From Hemiscyllium ocellatum (Eukaryota): 64,000 nt of DNA. This document shows positions 1 to 11,469 of the stretch, one piece after another (position 1 is the first letter of the stretch; each line of letters begins with the position of its first letter). Under the pieces are notes generated by a model, which was not told the DNA's origin, ran no database searches, and worked only from the letters and a program-made list of their open reading frames with translations. Location: assembly GCF_020745735.1 (NCBI RefSeq), contig NW_026869186.1, positions 62,001 to 126,000 of the forward strand. Reading direction: 5' to 3'. The translations under genes were made by a program, and so were the position numbers.

Positions 1-150
1 AACAGGCCAGAAAATGTGAATTACCTCGTCCTGTTCCCCTTCAGTAAACTAAAATGGATGAATGATCTCCACCTATTCCCTCTAACAGACTTGAGAAACT
101 GAATGGTTTCATATTGATCTTTTGTAAAAGATTCAGCTGTCTAAGTGATC
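1..150 (-). mobile_element. Possible L1/Tx1 RT relic
   Basis: Minus strand reads SVRGNRWRSFIHFSLLKGTGRGNS, resembling the F.L.RGTRQG.PLS motif; very decayed. Confidence 0.3.
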
Positions 151-855
151 TCCTACTGTTCCATTGTTAAAGAATCAAGTGGCAGAATGGCCTCCTCAAG
201 ATTGTAAGAACAGGTTTGACAGGCTAACCGGCCTACTCCTAATCATGTGCACCAGGCTCAACATGCTGAATGACCGCATCCTGTTACAGTGCGGCAGACT
301 GGAGAGACTGTATGACCTCCTCTTCATTGCACATACCTCATTCAAGAGTAAAATGGACTCCTCTTCTTTCCTGTGGAACAGGCACGAGGAACTGCATGCC
401 TCCTCATTTTCCTGATTAAAAGGCTTCAGAGGCTTATTGCCCTTCTCCAATTCATCTTCAAACGGATGAAGAGGCTGAACGACCTAATCCTTGATAGGTC
501 AATAGGATTATTGGCTGCCTTCTTTTCTCCTGTAACAGAATCGAGTGGCCTCCTCGTGTTCCTTTATAACAGGTTAAGGCATCGAATGACACGTTCATCC
601 ATGGATTATCAGCAGCTAATAAACTTTATCTAGTTGAGATCCGTGCCTTATCAGGTACAGGAACACAAAAAGCACAATTTTGGGTCCAAATGCCCTGTCA
701 GTAAGACCCGCTGCATTTGAAATAACACGTCTCTTTGTTTGCACTGATTCCCTTGCAACATCTGCCAATCTTCCAGTTTCACCACTCTTCAATTGGAAGT
801 ATATTAAAGTGGACTGAATGATCTCATCTCACTGTGTCACTGGAAAAAGAGAAGA

Positions 856-1041
856 TTACAGACGCTCGAACAAGATTCGAAGAGTATGTGTTGGAAAAGC
901 ACAGCCAGTCACACAGCATCTGAGAAACATGAGAAGCGATGTTTGAAGGGCTTAGAGCTGAATGTTCGACTCTCCCGCTCCTCTGATGCTGCCTGATCGC
1001 CTGTGCTTTTCCGACACCTCATGTTTCGACTCTGATCTCCA
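856..1041. mobile_element. Degenerate palindromic Penelope-terminal-repeat (pLTR) element
   Basis: GGAAAAGCACAGC...GCATC arm and inverted GATGCTGCCTG...GTGCTTTTCC arm; same family as 10517-11370. Confidence 0.65.
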
Positions 1042-1384
1042 TTGAGGCAAGCAGCCTCAATGCTCTTAATGATGCCACATTTGTACACAGTTTGACCACA
1101 GTGGACTTAGCACTCGAAGGAGCATTACACAAAATCAATGTGCAATAAATAGTGTCATCCTGGCTTATGGTATTGTAGATAGTTCTCCACAAGTTGCTTT
1201 GTGCAGCTGGTCTGTCGTGACATCGATTTCTCCTTTAATAAACAGGGTGGAACATCTACAAACCTGCAGTCCCCTGGCAGTTTTCCTTCGAATAAGAAAG
1301 GAAGATTCAAGATTTAAGTGTTTCAGGTTCGTCCGTTAGAAACCATCCAACGAGACCAAAGTAAATGTTCCGTTAAACTCTGAT

Positions 1385-1505
1385 ATGCAAACTGCTGCAA
1401 GGAAGGGGTTAATTGAACCTGTTTGTTCAGTGACTGTGATTAATGGCAATCTCCTTGGATTGTAATGATGTCAATGGAGAGTTTCCATCTTTTACTGATA
1501 AATAG
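1385..1505 (+). promoter_or_regulatory. Candidate proximal promoter of the GPCR
   Basis: Non-repeat-looking sequence with TATA-like GATAAATAG 1497-1505, CRE-like TGATGTCA 1466-1473 and near-octamer ATGCAAAC 1385-1392. These are short motifs that could be chance. Confidence 0.3.
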
Positions 1506-1631
1506 GATCCATTCACTGCTATCACATAGTATGAGTTGCAGCAACGTGGACAGTACTAACAGGGACCAGTAGCTCCACAGGAAGGGGAGGAGAGATCAGA
1601 ATTAAGAACATCAGACTGGAATGCTCCAACA

Positions 1632-1809
1632 ATGAATCAGAATCTGAGAATATTAGACTGGAAGGTTACAACCGACAAGAGTTTATCATTGGATGTTTGG
1701 ATTCTTTCCACATTTTATTATCAATTGTCATTATTACAACGGATAGAATATGCACTCGCCATTATTCAGTACTTGTATTATCCTATCCTGGGTTTCGTTG
1801 GTGTCCTTG
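1632..1809 (+). CDS. Exon 1 (N-terminus and first part of TM1) of a GPR139-like class A GPCR
   Basis: ATG 1632 is in ACAATG context with an in-frame upstream stop (TAA 1557). It encodes MNQNLRILDW...IIQYLYYPILGFVGVL, a YYPxLxxxGVx TM1 start typical of GPR139/GPR142-like receptors. Ends at a phase-1 donor CTTG|GTAAGG (GT 1810-1811). Confidence 0.85.
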
Positions 1810-1994
1810 GTAAGGCTCAGTTTCCAGTTAATATTTGTATAATCCATGCATGACTATATTACTGTTCTTCCCATATATTAAGCACTCAATACGTGGTTAT
1901 TGATCCTCCTGAAACTATGAGTACAGATATCCACATCAGTGAACTTAATCATTCACTCACTCCCTATATATTCTAGCAGTGCAACTCGTAAGTC

Positions 1995-3350
1995 AGGGAG
2001 TCAAATCAACATCCAGAAAAGAAACAGACACTTTGGTCTAACTCATTCATGCCAACCAAATTATTAAGTAAATCCAGTCCCATATCCTAGCAATTGGTGC
2101 ACAGCTCTCTGAATGCTCTTGTTCGTATATCCATTCAGATGTTGTTTATTTGCTGTCATTGTACCAGCCTCCAGCACTTACTCTCGCAACTCAATCCATC
2201 CATGAACCAACACTTGCGTGAAAATGTTGGTCCTGGGGTTACTTTTACATTTTACCATTCTCACCCTAAACCAATGTCCTCTAGTTTTGGACTCACTCTC
2301 CGAGGTAAAGGTCATGTCTATTTGCAGTATCCATACCCCTCAAGATTTTATAAAACTCTGTAATGTCATCCTTCAGCCTCCAACACTCCAGGGAAAATGG
2401 TCGTAAACTATTCAACCACTCTCTATAGCAAAAACCCTCCAAATCTGGCAACATCCTTGTCAACCTTTCCTGACATCTTGCAGGTTTCACAACATCGTTC
2501 CCTTTGAAGGGAGACCGGAGTTGTGCATACCACTCAAGAAGGAGTGTTGTCTTGTACAGCTGTAGCATGACCTTACAACTCTTGTATTCTGTGCACTGAG
2601 CAGCAAGGGCAAGCCGACGAATGCGTTCTTCACTATCATATCTAACTTCGATTCCACTTTCAAGTTAATATGAATCTGCGCTCCAAGATCTGTAGTTCAG
2701 AAATACTCATCAGGATCAATAAATGTAAAAGCCTGTCCTGATTTGACGTTCGAAACTTCTGCACACAAACAGACTCCTCCTTCCAAACAGTTCATGCCAA
2801 TCACAATGTCTATTCCTGCCAATATCCAACCAAACGGTTCCACTGCATGTAATTATCCAATCGTTTTTAAACGTTGGAATTGTGCCACATTCACTGCTTC
2901 CAGAGGAATTTCTTTCCATGTGTGAGCCACCTTCCATGTATAAAATTTGTCCCTCATGTCTTTTAAATCTGTCTCCTCTCACGTTAAAAGTGTTGGAAAT
3001 CCCCGATCCTAAGGGAAACGACAACAACTATTATCGCTATCTATATCTCTGATTATTTCATGAATTTCAATCAGAACAACTCTCAGTATTCAACGTTCCA
3101 GTGAAGCATTTCGCAGCCTATCCATCCTATCTTTATAACTCAAAACTTCCATACACGGTAACATCTTGGGAAATTTCTTGTGAACCCAGTCCAGCTTAAT
3201 TGCCTCCTCCCTGGAACTGAGATGACAGAACTAAACACAATCTTCCTGAAGAGATCTCAAAAATGTGCTGTACATCCTCAACATGACTGTGGACTTCAAA
3301 TATCAATAACAGAATAATGAAGCGAAGGGAGCCAAATTTTTTTTAACCAC
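1995..3350 (-). mobile_element. Two tandem CR1 LINE 3-prime fragments
   Basis: ORF 2293-2568 (MLQLYKT...RLTRMLPDLE...YKILRGMD) and 2716-3027 are degenerate CR1 ORF2 C-termini. Confidence 0.8.
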
Positions 3351-4740
3351 CCTGTGATGTTCACCCACTCAGTTTCAGATTTGAAACATGATTGTATCAC
3401 AACCCTTGTTTGTTTAAATTTTGGGAGTATGGATTTCATTGTCTTCTGTTTTGGTGACAAACTCCTTTTCCTTTCTTTATTGCATCCAATCCCTGGCCAA
3501 TATCCGATGCAGATCCAGGTGAGTCACAACTGTGGAGATTTATTTGACTATAAGTTGACATCATACCTGGAGTACACAGTCCTCCGGAATATACTGAATA
3601 CGCTCATCCCATCCACAATCTTAATTATGGATAATGAAACACATTCTTAATTCTAATGCATTCATAATCTAAAATCGAATTTAAATTTAATGATGCAAAT
3701 CATCTGCTGCTAACATTCCAAGCTCCAAATCTGCAAAAGCAAATCTAAACCTAAACCCCACAGCGCGTATCCGAACTCACATGAATATTTTCGACCATCA
3801 TTACTGTGCATATTGAAGGATATTGTTAATGAGTCTGACAATGCCTCTGTTTTGAACTTCTCAATCCAAGCATCATATCTGCCCATGAAACGTCCCACCG
3901 TCTCCATTGATTGTGCAAGCCCTTGACAGTTGTTCATATTTAAACTGATCTATTCCATGTGTGCTGTGGCTCAAACAATGACNNNNNNNNNNNNNNNNNN
4001 NNNNNNNNNNNNNNNNNNNNNNNNNNNNNNNNNNNNNNNNNNNNNNNNNNNNNNNNNNNNNNNNNNNNNNNNNNNNNNNNNNNNNNNNNNNNNNNNNNNN
4101 NNNNNNNNNNNNNNNNNNNNNNNNNNNNNNNNNNNNNNNNNNNNNNNNNACACAAAAATTTTCAGGTGCTCACAGCATTGGCTGCATATTTCACCATACT
4201 AGGCAGTTACTATTGCAAGTCTGTAGAAATTTCGTGCAAAGACGCCCAATGTTCTACATCCTTGGCAGACAGTCCAGTTGCAGAAGTGCATCTGCACAGT
4301 CTGCAAACGTCTTTATGCTGCGCTGTCACGTTGCCCCATTGTACGCTTTCTGGACTGGTTCCCTGAAGCAGATTCAGAATTTGATGTGACAAACTATTTC
4401 AACTGTTCTGACATTGCTTGATTGAATATTTTCATTCTTGGGATTGGACCTCCCAAGACCTCACTCATCTAGTTAGCCCGACTCCACTGTTCTCCTTCTT
4501 CGCATTTCCACCACACGTTCTCAGAATTAATTGTCTGTTTTTGTCTTTAATGTAAACCTATCTGTCACTCTGTGCTTTGCTCTGACCTTGTTTTTGGCTC
4601 TCTCATTTATCACGCACTGGCATTGTGAAACGCAGTGTCGCAGAAAATCTCAGAATCAGACCTTCAGTATTGATCAACTTCATTACTTCACGATGTATAT
4701 CATGGGAAGCAGGTTGTAAAGACTGCTTTGAAGTACAATA
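3350..4740 (-). mobile_element. Decayed Gypsy gag-pol relic spanning the first gap
   Basis: Minus-strand order: gag-like CVINERAK (~4600), zinc-knuckle relic CQGCRTLGVFARN (~4250), protease-like LGLDLL (~3750), RT-start-like VVIQ...SETEWVN (~3380). Confidence 0.5.
3983..4149. other. Assembly gap (167 N)
   Basis: Run of N. Confidence 1.
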
Positions 4741-4894
4741 GCTTATGAATATTTTCAAGAATTTCAGCTAATTGCTTTCTTTGCCTGGACTGTATGCTCC
4801 AAAGAGCCACCAGATATCCTACTTGCACTGCTTTGGATAACTTGGCAGTCTTGCCAAACTGTTCCTCAGAGTCATTATTTTAACTTTGTGTGTA

Positions 4895-5640
4895 AAAAAA
4901 GTTTTATTTATAGTATTGTTTGAACGACATTCCATACAACAAAAATATTTTCATAAGTAAAACAGAAAACATGCCTTGTATTACCAAGATTAAAACATTA
5001 AATTAAGAAATGGCAGCACAATAAACGAGCTGAGAAAAGGAGGTAATCAAGGATGGGTCCTATTTTTGCTAAGCCCTATTCTTCTCCTCGTAGTCAGAAA
5101 TTAGCAGGCATTTATAGTCGTTCTATTAATTACAAGTTGATAATTATTGTTTTACAGATTTAAATCTGCTGTATTGTTGCAGGGGCACCGAACACAGATA
5201 ATCATTGTTCAAATCAAGAATGTTTTCTTTCTTATGGATAAGACTTTCATCTCATTCCTTATAGGTTTAGGTCACACAAGTATTTTTGCTGCTCGTTACA
5301 CATTTCTATTATAAATTATTCTTAGCCTAGCTAAGTTTAAGCTGCAAATAAAATGGCTTTCAGTAACACAAACGTACTTCCACACTCAAAAATATTGCAA
5401 CAGTGTCTTCAGCGGTTATTCAGTTCCCAGTGTGTCCCATGCAGTTGTCCAAGTTAGACAGGAGTTTTATGCACCTTTGACACATGCCTTCCAAACGTGG
5501 CTGTCCACTGTACGCCTTTGGTTCTCCCACTCAGCTAATCAATGATCCGAGGAAAGCCTTTAACTACTGTTCCAAATGATCAGACATCGTATTTATAGCG
5601 CAGGGTTTTTTGATCGTTTCCAGTTATTGAAAGTTTAGGG
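4895..5640 (-). mobile_element. Possible L1-clade 3-prime end relic
   Basis: Minus strand has CVRCPCNNTADL (resembles the L1 C-terminal CxRC...ADL-H motif) and ends in AATAAAA near 4900. Confidence 0.3.
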
Positions 5641-6367
5641 CAGGAGGAGGATTACTTGCCCGGTGTGTTGTATGCTGAGGAAATCTGAGGATTTGGTGAT
5701 CCAAATCTGGACTGAGCGTGAGGCCTGGAGTTACAACACCTGGTTCTGAAACATGAAGCAAAAAATGGAGCAGATGCTGCAGAGAGGGTAAACTCTGAAA
5801 ACGGGAATTGAGTATGTGTTGGGAAATTGATCTGCACTATCAACCACGGGAGGTCAAGCAACAGCTTTCCAAGCTACATTTCGTCGAGGACCAGAGTGTG
5901 AAGAAACACTGCTGAACACTGAGCTGTTGACAGAGTAGTGTGACTTCCTTCAACACAAACTGCAGCTTCAGACCAGAGTGGGAACGGCTCTTGGGATTAC
6001 ATTTCTATTGCATATTTCTCATTCTTGGAGGTAAACTAACACCAAAATAACAATTTCAGTAGATCAGAAGTAGTTTATTAGAACAAAAGATTTTTTGAGA
6101 TACGTAAACATTTGACCACAATGCAGGCAGACGTAGCTTCCCATAAATTATAGGCAAAGGCCAAGATTTATACAGAACCACAAAGTAATTATATGGCACA
6201 GCCGACGTGACACGGGTCATGCAGTTTGAGCTCAGGGAGCCTTGTGGTTGTGTTTAGAAGCTGACTGCAGATTTTTTAAAAAATTATGTGGTAAAGCAGA
6301 CTCTACGTGGCTGTCTCTGTTCTGATGCTCAAACACAGAACATTGCTGTTTTAATAGATGTTCTGAA

Positions 6368-6620
6368 TAGATTAGATTCCTTGCAGCGTGGAAACAGGCC
6401 CTACAGCCCAACCAGGCACATCAACACTCTGACTAACATATCTAACATTATGGGCAATTTAGCATGGCAATTCACCTGGCTTGCACACCTTTGGACTGTT
6501 TGAGGAAACTCGCACAGACACGGGGAGAATGTGCATACTCCACATAGACAGGCGCGAATTTAAGAAAGATCTCTGGTGCTGTGAGGCAGCAGTGCTAACC
6601 ACTGAGCCATCATGCGGCCA
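6368..6620 (-). mobile_element. HE1-like V-SINE
   Basis: Reverse complement of a tRNA-like head (GGTTAGCACTGCTGCCTCACAGC), conserved core GGGGAGAATGTGCA.ACTCCACA, and TAGAT tail. Confidence 0.85.
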
Positions 6621-6955
6621 CCAAATGTTGTTTCAGCAACGCCATTGAAAACACCCCACATGAAAAAATGATTTTAAAAAACCTCCTGGTTATAAATGTA
6701 GTTTGGCAATTTGCATCCAAAATTGCATGAGTGGCGGAAGACAGAGAGGGAGTAGAGGGCTGTTTGCTTATCTGGAGACGAAAGTCCGCTGGTGTATTAC
6801 AGGGATCAGGGCTGTGTCACTTATTACTTGTGGTATTCTTAAGTGGTGTCGATGTGAATGTGGAGCGGTGGGGGGCTGTGTTATATTCCACTAAGATTAC
6901 ATCTTACTAAGCATCCCAAACACTCGACCAATCTTTCTGTCAAATAGAAACGTTT

Positions 6956-7251
6956 TTAGATTACATTAGATTAGATTAATTACAGTATGGAAACAGGGCC
7001 TTCAGCCCAACAAGTCCACACCACCCCTACGAAGAGCAACCCACTCAGATCATTCCCCAACATTTACCCCTTCACCTTACACTACGGGCAATTTAGCATG
7101 GCCAATTCACCTAACCTGCACATTTTTGGACTGTGGGAGGAAACCAGAAGGAAACCCATGCAGACACAGAGAGAATATGCAAGCTCCACCCAGACAGTTG
7201 CCTGAGGCGGCAAATGAACCCGGGTCTCTGGCGCTCTTAGGCAGCAGTGCC
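6956..7251 (-). mobile_element. HE1-like V-SINE (head slightly truncated)
   Basis: (TTAGA)n tail, CR1-derived GGAAACAGGGCCTTCAGCCCAAC 3-prime end, V-domain core, box B region AACCCGGGTC. Confidence 0.9.
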
Positions 7252-9419
7252 GTTCAGAAACAGTAGGTCAGAAATCATCCAAGGACCAAGCAATTTAACG
7301 TTTCCGGCCGAAACGAAGGCTTCAAGTCTGAAATGTTCACTGCACAGCTCTTACAATGTTATGTGACTTCTTGTGTTTTTCCAGCTCCACATCTATTCAT
7401 TCTGGCTTCCAGCTTCTGCAGGCCTTACTGTCTCAAAGTCATTGGATCGCCTGTAACACTTCCTTTCAGTCAAACGGACAAAGAACAATACAGAACATTT
7501 CTAAAGTAAAGTGTTTGAGATGTGGAGAGGATGACAAGAATGATTTTCACCCAGAGGTTACTGGGAGTCTGAAATACACTGTCTGAGAGAGTAGTTGTGG
7601 GCGGCGACCTGCCATTCATTAAAATGTTTTTGGACAAGCATTTGAAGTGTCAAAGTGTTTACATTTCTGCATGTCGTGTGGGAAAATGAGACTAATGCTG
7701 ATTTTTCTGTCCGTCTAACAGTGCTGAATCTGTGTTTCTACGATTGTATGATTTTGGAACTCAATCATTGTCCAGCACAACATAGGAATTATTGGGTTTC
7801 TGCAGAACAAATTGTAACTGTGAACTGTGACAGCTTTTAACCGTTTGTCAAAGTCAAAGGTTGGAGAAACGAAGTGCAGCTTCCTTCTAGCCTTTAAACA
7901 GAGAATGGAAAACAGGTTAATGGCATAGTTGTTAAGCAACTACTTCAGTTCTGTCTTCACTGAACAATACAAAACAAAACAAAAACATGACCACGAGGCA
8001 GTGCAAAGAAGATTCTCCAGATTAATCCATCAGATGTAACTTTGTCTGATGTGAACACTCGGCCTGTATTCTCTGACAAATCAAAGAACATGAAGTGATC
8101 GCAGTGAAACAGAAAAGTCACACAGAGAGGTTTGACTAACGCAGAGATGTAGTCAAGTACAGCACTGCTAGGAATCCGAAGACTGAGAAGAAACAAAAGG
8201 CGTAGAATTGAAATAGTAGGTAAATAGTTTGAAGAAATTATTGCGAGTAAAATTAATGGGCACACATAAAAACCAATATTTTTTTTATACAATGGGAATC
8301 GCATTTCAGAAACCGACTAGAACACAAATTATGGAACAACGGGTGCAATGCATTTGGATTTTCAGAAATGTTTTGAATAAAGTTGCAAGCGTCGTGTGCA
8401 CAGTCAAATCTTGTGGGATTGGGGACAATGTATATACATGGTAACAGAAAGGGAGAGTTGACAGGAAACAATGTGTCAAGGTTTTGATTTTGATCTTACT
8501 TTTATGTGTATTCTTACGAAAAAATACAACAAAATAAATTGAAATTGTCGCCATTAAACAACACCACTTTGAATAACTTCCGAATATGGGGACACGAAGG
8601 AATATACTGCTTGAAGAGAATCCAACAGTCTGGAGACTCCTCCTCACCATCAACGCTTTTGCCGGCATTTCACCATCACCACTTCACCAGTTGGTCTTCA
8701 CTGGGCCTAACCAAGATCGAAGTTGCTGGTCGTAAGCGTCATCGTTGCTGCTTGGGCCTATACACCTCAGGCACCATCTTGACACGCTTCCACCAGTCAC
8801 AGCAATGTCAGATTCGTGTCTCTTGTCACTGTGCGAACCTCATCTATAATGCTGTAATATCTTCCACAATCTCTTCACCACCAGTAGCACTGGACCCAAC
8901 CACAATGAAGTCAATGATCCACAAATACCATCTTTTATCAGTGGGCCAACCTCTCCGATATTGCTTCTATCACTATTGCAGCTGCAGATTGCAGGCCCTG
9001 TACTTGTTCAAGGAACGTAAGTCAGCACTCACTGTTTCCTGCTCAATGGCCTGATCGTGGCCTTTGATTATTCCAGCGTGCAGTATCTTTCCTGGGTCTG
9101 GTCAAGGTCTGCAACCTGGGGCGTGGCTCAATGGCTGCTTCGTGTGCCCAGCTAGAGGGCTGCTCCCTGGGACTGGGTCAGGTTACACCCGCTTGAACTC
9201 TGCTCTCTGGATCCAGCTCGAGACCAACAATTTGGACCTTGCTCAATGTTTTCCCCCTCAGGTTGGGTCGTGAACTGTGTTAGTCCTGGATCGAGACTGC
9301 ACGATGTCTGTGCTCTGAGTCGGGTTCGAGGTCTGCAGTCTGGTCCCTCCTCTCAGGGTTTGCCAACAAAACGTATGACAATAGAAATAACTCAATAGAA
9401 GAAGGTTAAAAATCGCAGG

Positions 9420-9490
9420 TTGCAGTCCAACAGGTGTAATTGGAAGCACACTAGCTTTCGGAGCTCTACTCCTTCATCAGGTGATTAGCA
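9420..9490 (-). mobile_element. Short Penelope-type terminal repeat, second family
   Basis: AGTCCAACAGGT...GGAAGCACACTAGCTTTCGGAGC...CCTTCATCAGGTG; carries a hammerhead core on the minus strand. Confidence 0.6.
9449..9483 (-). ncRNA. Minimal type-I hammerhead ribozyme motif
   Basis: Minus strand: CAC-CTGATGA-A-GGAG(TAGAG)CTCC-GAAA-GCTA-GTG. Stem I CAC/GTG, stem II GGAG/CTCC, palindromic AGCT stem III, CUA cleavage triplet. Confidence 0.65.
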
Positions 9491-10533
9491 AATGTAAGGT
9501 ACAACACTAAAAGAAACAAAATAGGTTGGAGTGAATGTGCTCCAGCAGAACTGCCCATTTCTACCAGTTTTTTGTATCAAAATACAAATTAAATTTTGAT
9601 ACAAAAATTGTTTGGACTGGAAGACTTTGGGATATCACAGGTTTCAGTGTTTGGAACACAGCCATTCACATAGAAATCAAACATTTTAGTTCAGGGAAAT
9701 GAAAGCGATATGTCCAAGTCTGCCGACAGCAGTAAACTATGTTAGAGAGTAAGTAGTTAGATGGATGCAAGAACGCTGAAATGTGATTAACTCATATTGA
9801 GTGAATGGAGAATTAAATGATACATGAAAGGCAAAGTGAGTAGGTCAGACGTTTTCACTTTCGAGGGAAAGCAGAACGGCACCCTTTCTTTTGAAAAAGG
9901 TCTTTTTTTCCAAAAAAAAGGTTGAATTTTTCCACTTGGGCTTTTTTTTGTTATTGTCGTTTGCTTCTGCACAGATCTTTGGACCTACTCGAGGTCCGCA
10001 CCTTGGGACTGTCTGGAAGTCCATGCAAGGCAGTGACGTTTGAATCCTGACGTCACTGCGGGAATGGGCATTAGCATCCTGACCAGTGCACAACGACCTG
10101 TCAACTCACTGAAAGCAGTATTGTCTGATCAGATTGCAGTGAGCAAGATAAATGGTGTGTAGTGCTTCATTTCAAGGGGATTTAAGTGCAGGAGTAAGGA
10201 TATCTTAATGTAGCTGCACAAAGTCTTGATAAGATTCCATCTCGAACATTGTGCTGTACTGTGCACAGTTTTGGTCTCCTTGCCTGGTTAAAAGAAAACA
10301 AGCCTGAAGGAGTGCAATGAAGGATGAACAGACTGATTTCTGGGACGGCATGCTTGTTGGGTGAGCAACATTTGTGTCGGCTTGGCCGATGTTCCATGAG
10401 GAAAATAAGTGGAAATAACAGTGGTACATATAAACACTGGCTGGGCGAGACAAATTGGAAGCAATAATGATAATTCACCTGGCTGTGACTTCGAAACAAG
10501 GAGCCACGTTAATCCGAGTAAAACGTGAGGTCT

Positions 10534-11167
10534 ACCCAGGTAAATAGTGCTGTGAGGAAGGCATATGGTGTACTGGGCTTTATTGGTAGAGGAATTGAGT
10601 TCCGGAGTCCTGAGGTCATGTTGCAGTTGTATAAGACTCTGGTGCGGCCTCATCTGGAGTATTGTGTGCAGTTTTGGTCGCCATACTATAGGAAGGATGT
10701 GGAGGCATTGGAACGAGTGCAGAGGAGGTTTACCAGGATGTTGCCTGGCATGGTAGGAAGATCGTATGAGGAAAGGCTGAGGCACTTGGGGCTGTTCTCA
10801 TTGGAGAAAAGAAGGTTTAGGGGAGATTTGATAGAGGTGTATAAGATGATTAGGGGTTTAGATAGGGTAGACACTGAGAACATTTTACCGCTAATGGAGT
10901 CAGCTGTTACTAGGGGACACAGTTTTAAATTAAGGGGTAGTAGGTATAGGACAGATGTTAGGGGTAGATTCTTTACGCAGCGGGTTGTGAGTTCATGGAA
11001 TGCCCTGCCAGTAGCAGTGGTGAACTCTCCCACTTTATGGTCATTTAAGCAGGCATTGGATAGGCATATGGAAGTTATTGGGCTAGTGTAGGTTAGGTAG
11101 GATTTGGTCGGCGCAACATCGAGGGCCGAAGGGCCTGTACTGCGCTGTATTTTTCTATGTTCTATGT
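10534..11167 (+). mobile_element. Young 5-prime-truncated CR1 (HER1-like) LINE
   Basis: Intact ORF2 C-terminus (VRPHLEYCVQFWSP...TRGHSFKL...FFTQRVVSSWNALP), 3-prime UTR and TTCTATG tail repeats. Confidence 0.95.
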
Positions 11168-11277
11168 ACAGATGCTGGAGATCAGAGCTGAAAATGCGAT
11201 GCTGGTTAAAGCGCAGCAGGTGAGGCAGCATCCAAGAAGCTGGAGATTCGATGTTTCGGGCTAAAGCCCTTTATCAG

Positions 11278-11315
11278 GATTCCTGATGATGGGCTTTAGC
11301 CCGAAAAGTCGAATC
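11278..11315 (+). ncRNA. Hammerhead ribozyme motif in a pLTR palindrome arm
   Basis: GATTC-CTGATGA-T-GGGC(TTTA)GCCC-GAAA-A-GTC-GAATC. Stem I GATTC/GAATC (5 bp), GUC site. Position 15.2 is A, whereas sibling copies have C. Confidence 0.6.
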
Positions 11316-11469
11316 TCCTGCTCCTTGGATGCTGCCTGACCTGCTGCGCTTTAACCAGCAACACATTTTCAGCCACGTTAATCCGTACAGGCAGACCATT
11401 CTGCATTGAGATGGGAAAAATGTCTTCACACGAAGAGTGTTAAATCTGGGATTTCTCGAGGACGTTAAA

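Larger units (their letters stand above)
10517..11370. mobile_element. Palindromic Penelope-pLTR element with 15-bp TSD (split by a young CR1)
   Basis: TSD AGCCACGTTAATCCG at 10502-10516 and 11371-11385. Element start AGTAAAACGTGAGGTCT (10517) resumes as ACAGATGCTGGAGATCAGAGCTG (11168). Inverted arms of ~95 bp are centred near 11280. Confidence 0.85.

Noticed and set aside
1810-1853. C-terminal tail of the 73-aa ORF
   Set aside because: Lies beyond the GTAAGG donor, so it is intronic.
3930-4366. ORFs containing X runs
   Set aside because: Artefacts of translating across the N gap.
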